A stretch of DNA of 62,320 nucleotides, filler included, from Catajapyx aquilonaris (taxonomy: Eukaryota), in the NCBI GenBank assembly GCA_000934665.2. It is 4 parts of 4 records of this genome, joined end to end, with 100 filler letters (N's around TTAATTAATTAA, not from the genome) between each part and the next. Parts side by side here need not be neighbours in the genome. Positions count along the whole stretch, not along the records: positions 46,856 to 62,320 come from JYFJ02007486.1; 3 more parts are not named here. One strand, 5' to 3'. Every line of letters starts with the position of its first letter. Position 1 is the stretch's first letter. The position numbers were made by a program, and so were the translations under genes. Of this stretch, positions 58,705 through 62,320 are shown one piece after another. The notes under the pieces are model-generated. The model worked only from the letters and a program-made list of their open reading frames with translations. It was not told the origin of the DNA and ran no database searches.

Positions 58705-61700
58705 TTATTTCGCGAACTCGGTTGCGATGACTTCCACACATCTTTGACACAAGATGTTGTTAGTTAATACTGTGAAATTCCGACATCGTTGGCACTGTCT
58801 TGCTTTGGTCTCGACTAGAACCACTGTCGCTCCGTCTGTTGTCACTGATACTGAACCAGGACTGCAGGTTTGCGAAAATGAGACGCCTGACACCTGCAGG
58901 ATTTCGCACAGATGGGTGTCTGAAGGAAGTGTCTGCAGCTTCGGTCCTAAATCACTGTCGGCACAAATTACAGCGTTGTATTCACGCAGATTTTGTCCCA
59001 CCGTCTGCTGGTTGATAGAATCGCGAATTTCCAATGCTTTCAACACACTTTCAACGACGTCAGGATCCACTTGCGGCTTGTCCATCGCTATGGTGCCTCG
59101 CTTAAATGCACCTCTCCATTCTGTAGGAATAAATTATGGCTTATTACAAGCATTAATTATTTGAAATTAAAGTGTCACCTTGAGTCAAGTCGTGCAGTGC
59201 GACTTCCTCTGACAGATGGGGAGTGATCGGAGCGGCTGACTTAACGAGAGCATCCAACATGTGGCTCAGGACTGTCAAACACGAGAGGCGGTTTGGGCCA
59301 TCCGAGACGTCACAGTACAGCCGGTCCTTCACCAAGTGGCAATAAAAAGCCGAGACGTCGTTAGTCACAAAGTTGAGCAGTGCAACACCGGCTCTCTTGT
59401 AATGGTAGCCCGCATAAAAGGTGTCCATCTAGCATCGGAAAAATAAGTAAATTAATGCAATTAATTTTCATTGCACAAATGTACCTGCTGACAAAATTGA
59501 TGCAGCTTCGTCATCATGTACTGATCAAGAGGTGTCATGTTCTCCGTGGGAACTTCCTTCTTTCGCTTAAATCCATTCAGTGCGCCCAACAAGAAGCGGA
59601 GGACGATCCGGATCTTGTGGACCGCATCTTGGCTAGACTGAATCGTGGAGGGTGACACTGGAATGACCGACTGACCCCAAGCGTGGCAGGCGACCCACCA
59701 TCTCAGAACATCAACGCCTGATGAGTCTGTAACGTCTGATGGGTCTATTACATTACCAAGCGACTTGGACATCTTACGTCCTTTCTCATCTACAGTGAAC
59801 CCGTGGACAAAAATGGTGCGGTATGGCGCTTTGTTCCTGAGCGCAACGGACAGGAGAAGCGAGGACTGGAACCACCCGGTGAATTGGTCCTGCCCTTCTA
59901 GGTACACATCAGCAACGTCCACGTCCGAGTCCAAGGCTGCATACCATGAGATCCCCGAATCAAACCAGATGTCCATTATATCCTGGAGAATAAAATTGCG
60001 ATGTGAATCGGTACTGATTGTACTTTTTAAATTAACAGCACCTGTCCCTTCTTCAGGTCACGTCGAATGTCGTCCCCAAGTAACTCTTCTAAAGGGCATG
60101 TCCACCACGAGTCGATTCCCTTTTGAGTGAGCGCTTCAGCTACTTTCCTAGACACAATCGGCTCATCACTTCCGTCCTGGTACAATGCAGGTATGGGCAC
60201 GCCCCATTTGCGCTGGCGAGATATGCACCAGTACGGGCGTCTCTCAAGCTGGGCCACCATCCCATTCTGGAAGGATTTGGGTACGATGCTCACATCGTCC
60301 AGGTATTCCTGTCGTATTAAACAGCAAATTAGTGCATGCGTCATCAATAAAATGTGCGTTTGCTCATTACAAACCAGTGCACGATTCTTGATCCGATCTG
60401 TGTCCACAAACCACTGCAAGCTTGCCCTGACAATTACAGGCTTCTTAGTCCTCCAGTCGTACGGATAACTGTGCACTACTTGTTCATGGTGCAGCACACT
60501 GTCGCCTAATTGAGCCAACACCTTCTCGGTCCCTTCACCCAACACATCCAGACCAGACAACGATCCAGCCAAATCGCTGAACCGTCCCGATTCATCCACG
60601 ATGCTCAGGACATCAATCTTGTTCTTAAGCGCAACTAAAAAGTCGTCCGGACCGTGCGCTGGTGCGGTATGAACCAAACCGGTTCCTTTATCCACAGTAA
60701 CATGTTCGCCCATAAGTATCGGAAGAATCTGATTGTTCAAAACGTGTCGGTATGTAGCACCAGCCAGTTCATGCCCATAAAATGTGGTTGAATCGGGCTT
60801 ACCGCCTATTAATGAAGCCACTTTGTCCGCAAGCAATTCGGCTATGATGTACCTGCAATTTCCGCGTTGCACTGTTGTGTACTTCAAGTTGGGATGGACA
60901 CAAATGGCCTGATTCGCCGGTATCGTCCAGGGCGTTGTGGTCCATATTAGTGCGGCGACCGGTTCGTTCAATGTACTGGCGACTAGTGGAAATGCGATGT
61001 ATGCTGCATTGCTTCGGTGGTTCGCATAGTACTCCAACTCCGCTTCGGCTAGGGCCGTCCCAGCCGATGGCGACCAATAAACCGGCTTGAACGCCCGGAA
61101 TATATACCCGGCATCGTACAGATCACAAAATGCTTCCAACTGCCTGCCAACATACACTGGATCGTACGTCAAGTAGGGATCGGCCCAACAGCCGATCACG
61201 CCCCAGCGTCTAAATGCATCTCTCTGTACGTCTATGGCTCGGGTTGCGACCAACCTCGCAGCGTCCCTCCCACCTTCCTTTGCCTTCAGTTCAATCGGCA
61301 GTCCATGGCAGTCCCAGCCAGGCCTGTAATGCACCCTCTGTCCTTTCAACACCCTGTACCGCACCGTTATGTCCTTCAGTATCTTATTAACCGCATGGCC
61401 CATGTGAGCCGATCCGTTCGCATAAGGCGGGCCATCGTGCAGCACGAAGCCCTTCTCTTTGCCCCTAGAATCCCACTGCCATGAGTACAACTCATCAAAC
61501 TTTGCTTCCCGATGAATCCACGTGTCTCTTTCCGCCCTATCTTTCGACGCTACTCGAAGCGGGAAGTCCGTCTTGGGCAACAGGCAGGTGTCGGTGAATG
61601 TTCGGCCTCGTTTCTTAGGCTTGGACGCTGCAACAGGAGACGACAGGCTGAGAAAACGTGAGAAAATTCGATGCCGAACACTTCTGTGGAGAAAATTTGA

Positions 61701-61706
61701 CGCCAT
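58705..61706 (-). CDS. IARS2: Mitochondrial isoleucyl-tRNA synthetase
   Basis: Exons 61706-60375, 60308-60042, 59982-59485, 59428-59179, 59120-58705. Arg/Ser-rich transit peptide, LHDGPPYANG..HMGH, PGWDCHGLPIE, IWTTTPWT, GTGLVHTAPAHG, WCISRQR, DIWFDSG, KMSKSLGN and C-terminal CQRC..CQRC. Confidence 0.96.
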
Positions 61707-61799
61707 TTTTGAATCAGATACGGTACCGTCACAAGGCTGTTGGCGACCCTGCGTGACTTGCGTGTTGGCGACCCTGCGCGTACCACGTGATGCGATTCG

Positions 61800-61830
61800 A
61801 CCAATGGGGGAGATTTCAAGATGGCGGCGG
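61800..61830 (+). promoter_or_regulatory. Putative housekeeping promoter elements upstream of IARS2 (CCAAT, YY1-like CAAGATGGCGGC)
   Basis: Motifs ~100-120 bp upstream of the IARS2 ATG. Motif match only. Confidence 0.4.
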
Positions 61831-61956
61831 CCAGTTTGAAATTTTAAATGTCATTATGGTTTACGTGCGTCTATTTATTGTGCCAATAAGTTTCATTCGT
61901 CATTATATCCATTGACAACACTTATTGATCCCTTTGTTATATCCAAGCCTATATAC

Positions 61957-62225
61957 CAGGGAGCATATACTACCAAGTTAAGGCTTTAAGGTTAGCCGGT
62001 TTAAAGGTTTAAAGTTAGTCGGTAAAGTTAAGGTTTAAGGTTAGTTGGTAAAGTTAAGGTTTAAGGTTAGTCGGTATTAGTTAAGGTTTAAAGTTAGTCG
62101 GTAAAGTTAAGGTTTAAGGTTAGTCGGTAAAGTTAAGGTTTAAGGTTAGTTGGTAAAGTTAAGGTTTAAGGTTAGTTGGTAAAGTTAAGGTTTAAGGTTA
62201 GTCAGTATTCTCAGTAAAGTTAACC
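61957..62225 (+). repeat. 26-bp tandem array (GTTAAGGTTTAAGGTTAGTYGGTAAA) preceded by a transposon-like terminus
   Basis: About 7 good units from ~62027 plus 2 degenerate units. Begins with CAGGGAGCATATACTAC, the same terminus as the element at 27510-28000. Confidence 0.85.
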
Positions 62226-62320
62226 CTTACGGAAATTTTAAGGTTGTAGTGAGGTTGTATGCAGGTTGCAAGACCAGGTCGTATGGAGGTTGGAAATAGG
62301 TTGTTTTCACGAGGTTGCAG

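Noticed and set aside
61976..62225. True telomere or CRISPR-like array
   Set aside because: The unit is 26 bp rather than TTAGG, has no unique spacers, is followed by non-array sequence and starts with a TE terminus.

Overview
Eukaryotic genomic DNA, most likely from an arthropod (insect-type IDH1 N-terminus, cuticle-like protein, many 50-75 nt GT-AG introns). It is four contigs joined by artificial N-TTAATTAATTAA-N linkers. The left ~46.7 kb is repeat-rich. It holds the RasGEF-domain exons of a RalGPS gene, an intronless zinc-finger ORF with long acidic repeats plus a SINE-disrupted decayed paralog, the last exon of POLR2H/Rpb8, and many nested MITEs, foldback elements, tRNA-derived SINEs and a Utopia/NeSL-like retroelement remnant. 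The right ~15.5 kb is gene-dense: two tandem cytosolic IDH1-type genes, a Myt1 kinase, a secreted His/Tyr-rich protein, an orphan repeat-containing gene and mitochondrial IleRS. The best candidate for an undescribed system is the second IDH copy. It is intact and keeps all catalytic, metal and most NADP ligands, but carries clustered changes at normally invariant substrate-pocket residues (human IDH1 numbering K72Q, T77A, S94A, N101H, and 303-307 VEAEA>IVGEV), suggesting a neofunctionalised beta-decarboxylating dehydrogenase. All calls come from manual reading and recalled family consensus; no database search was run.
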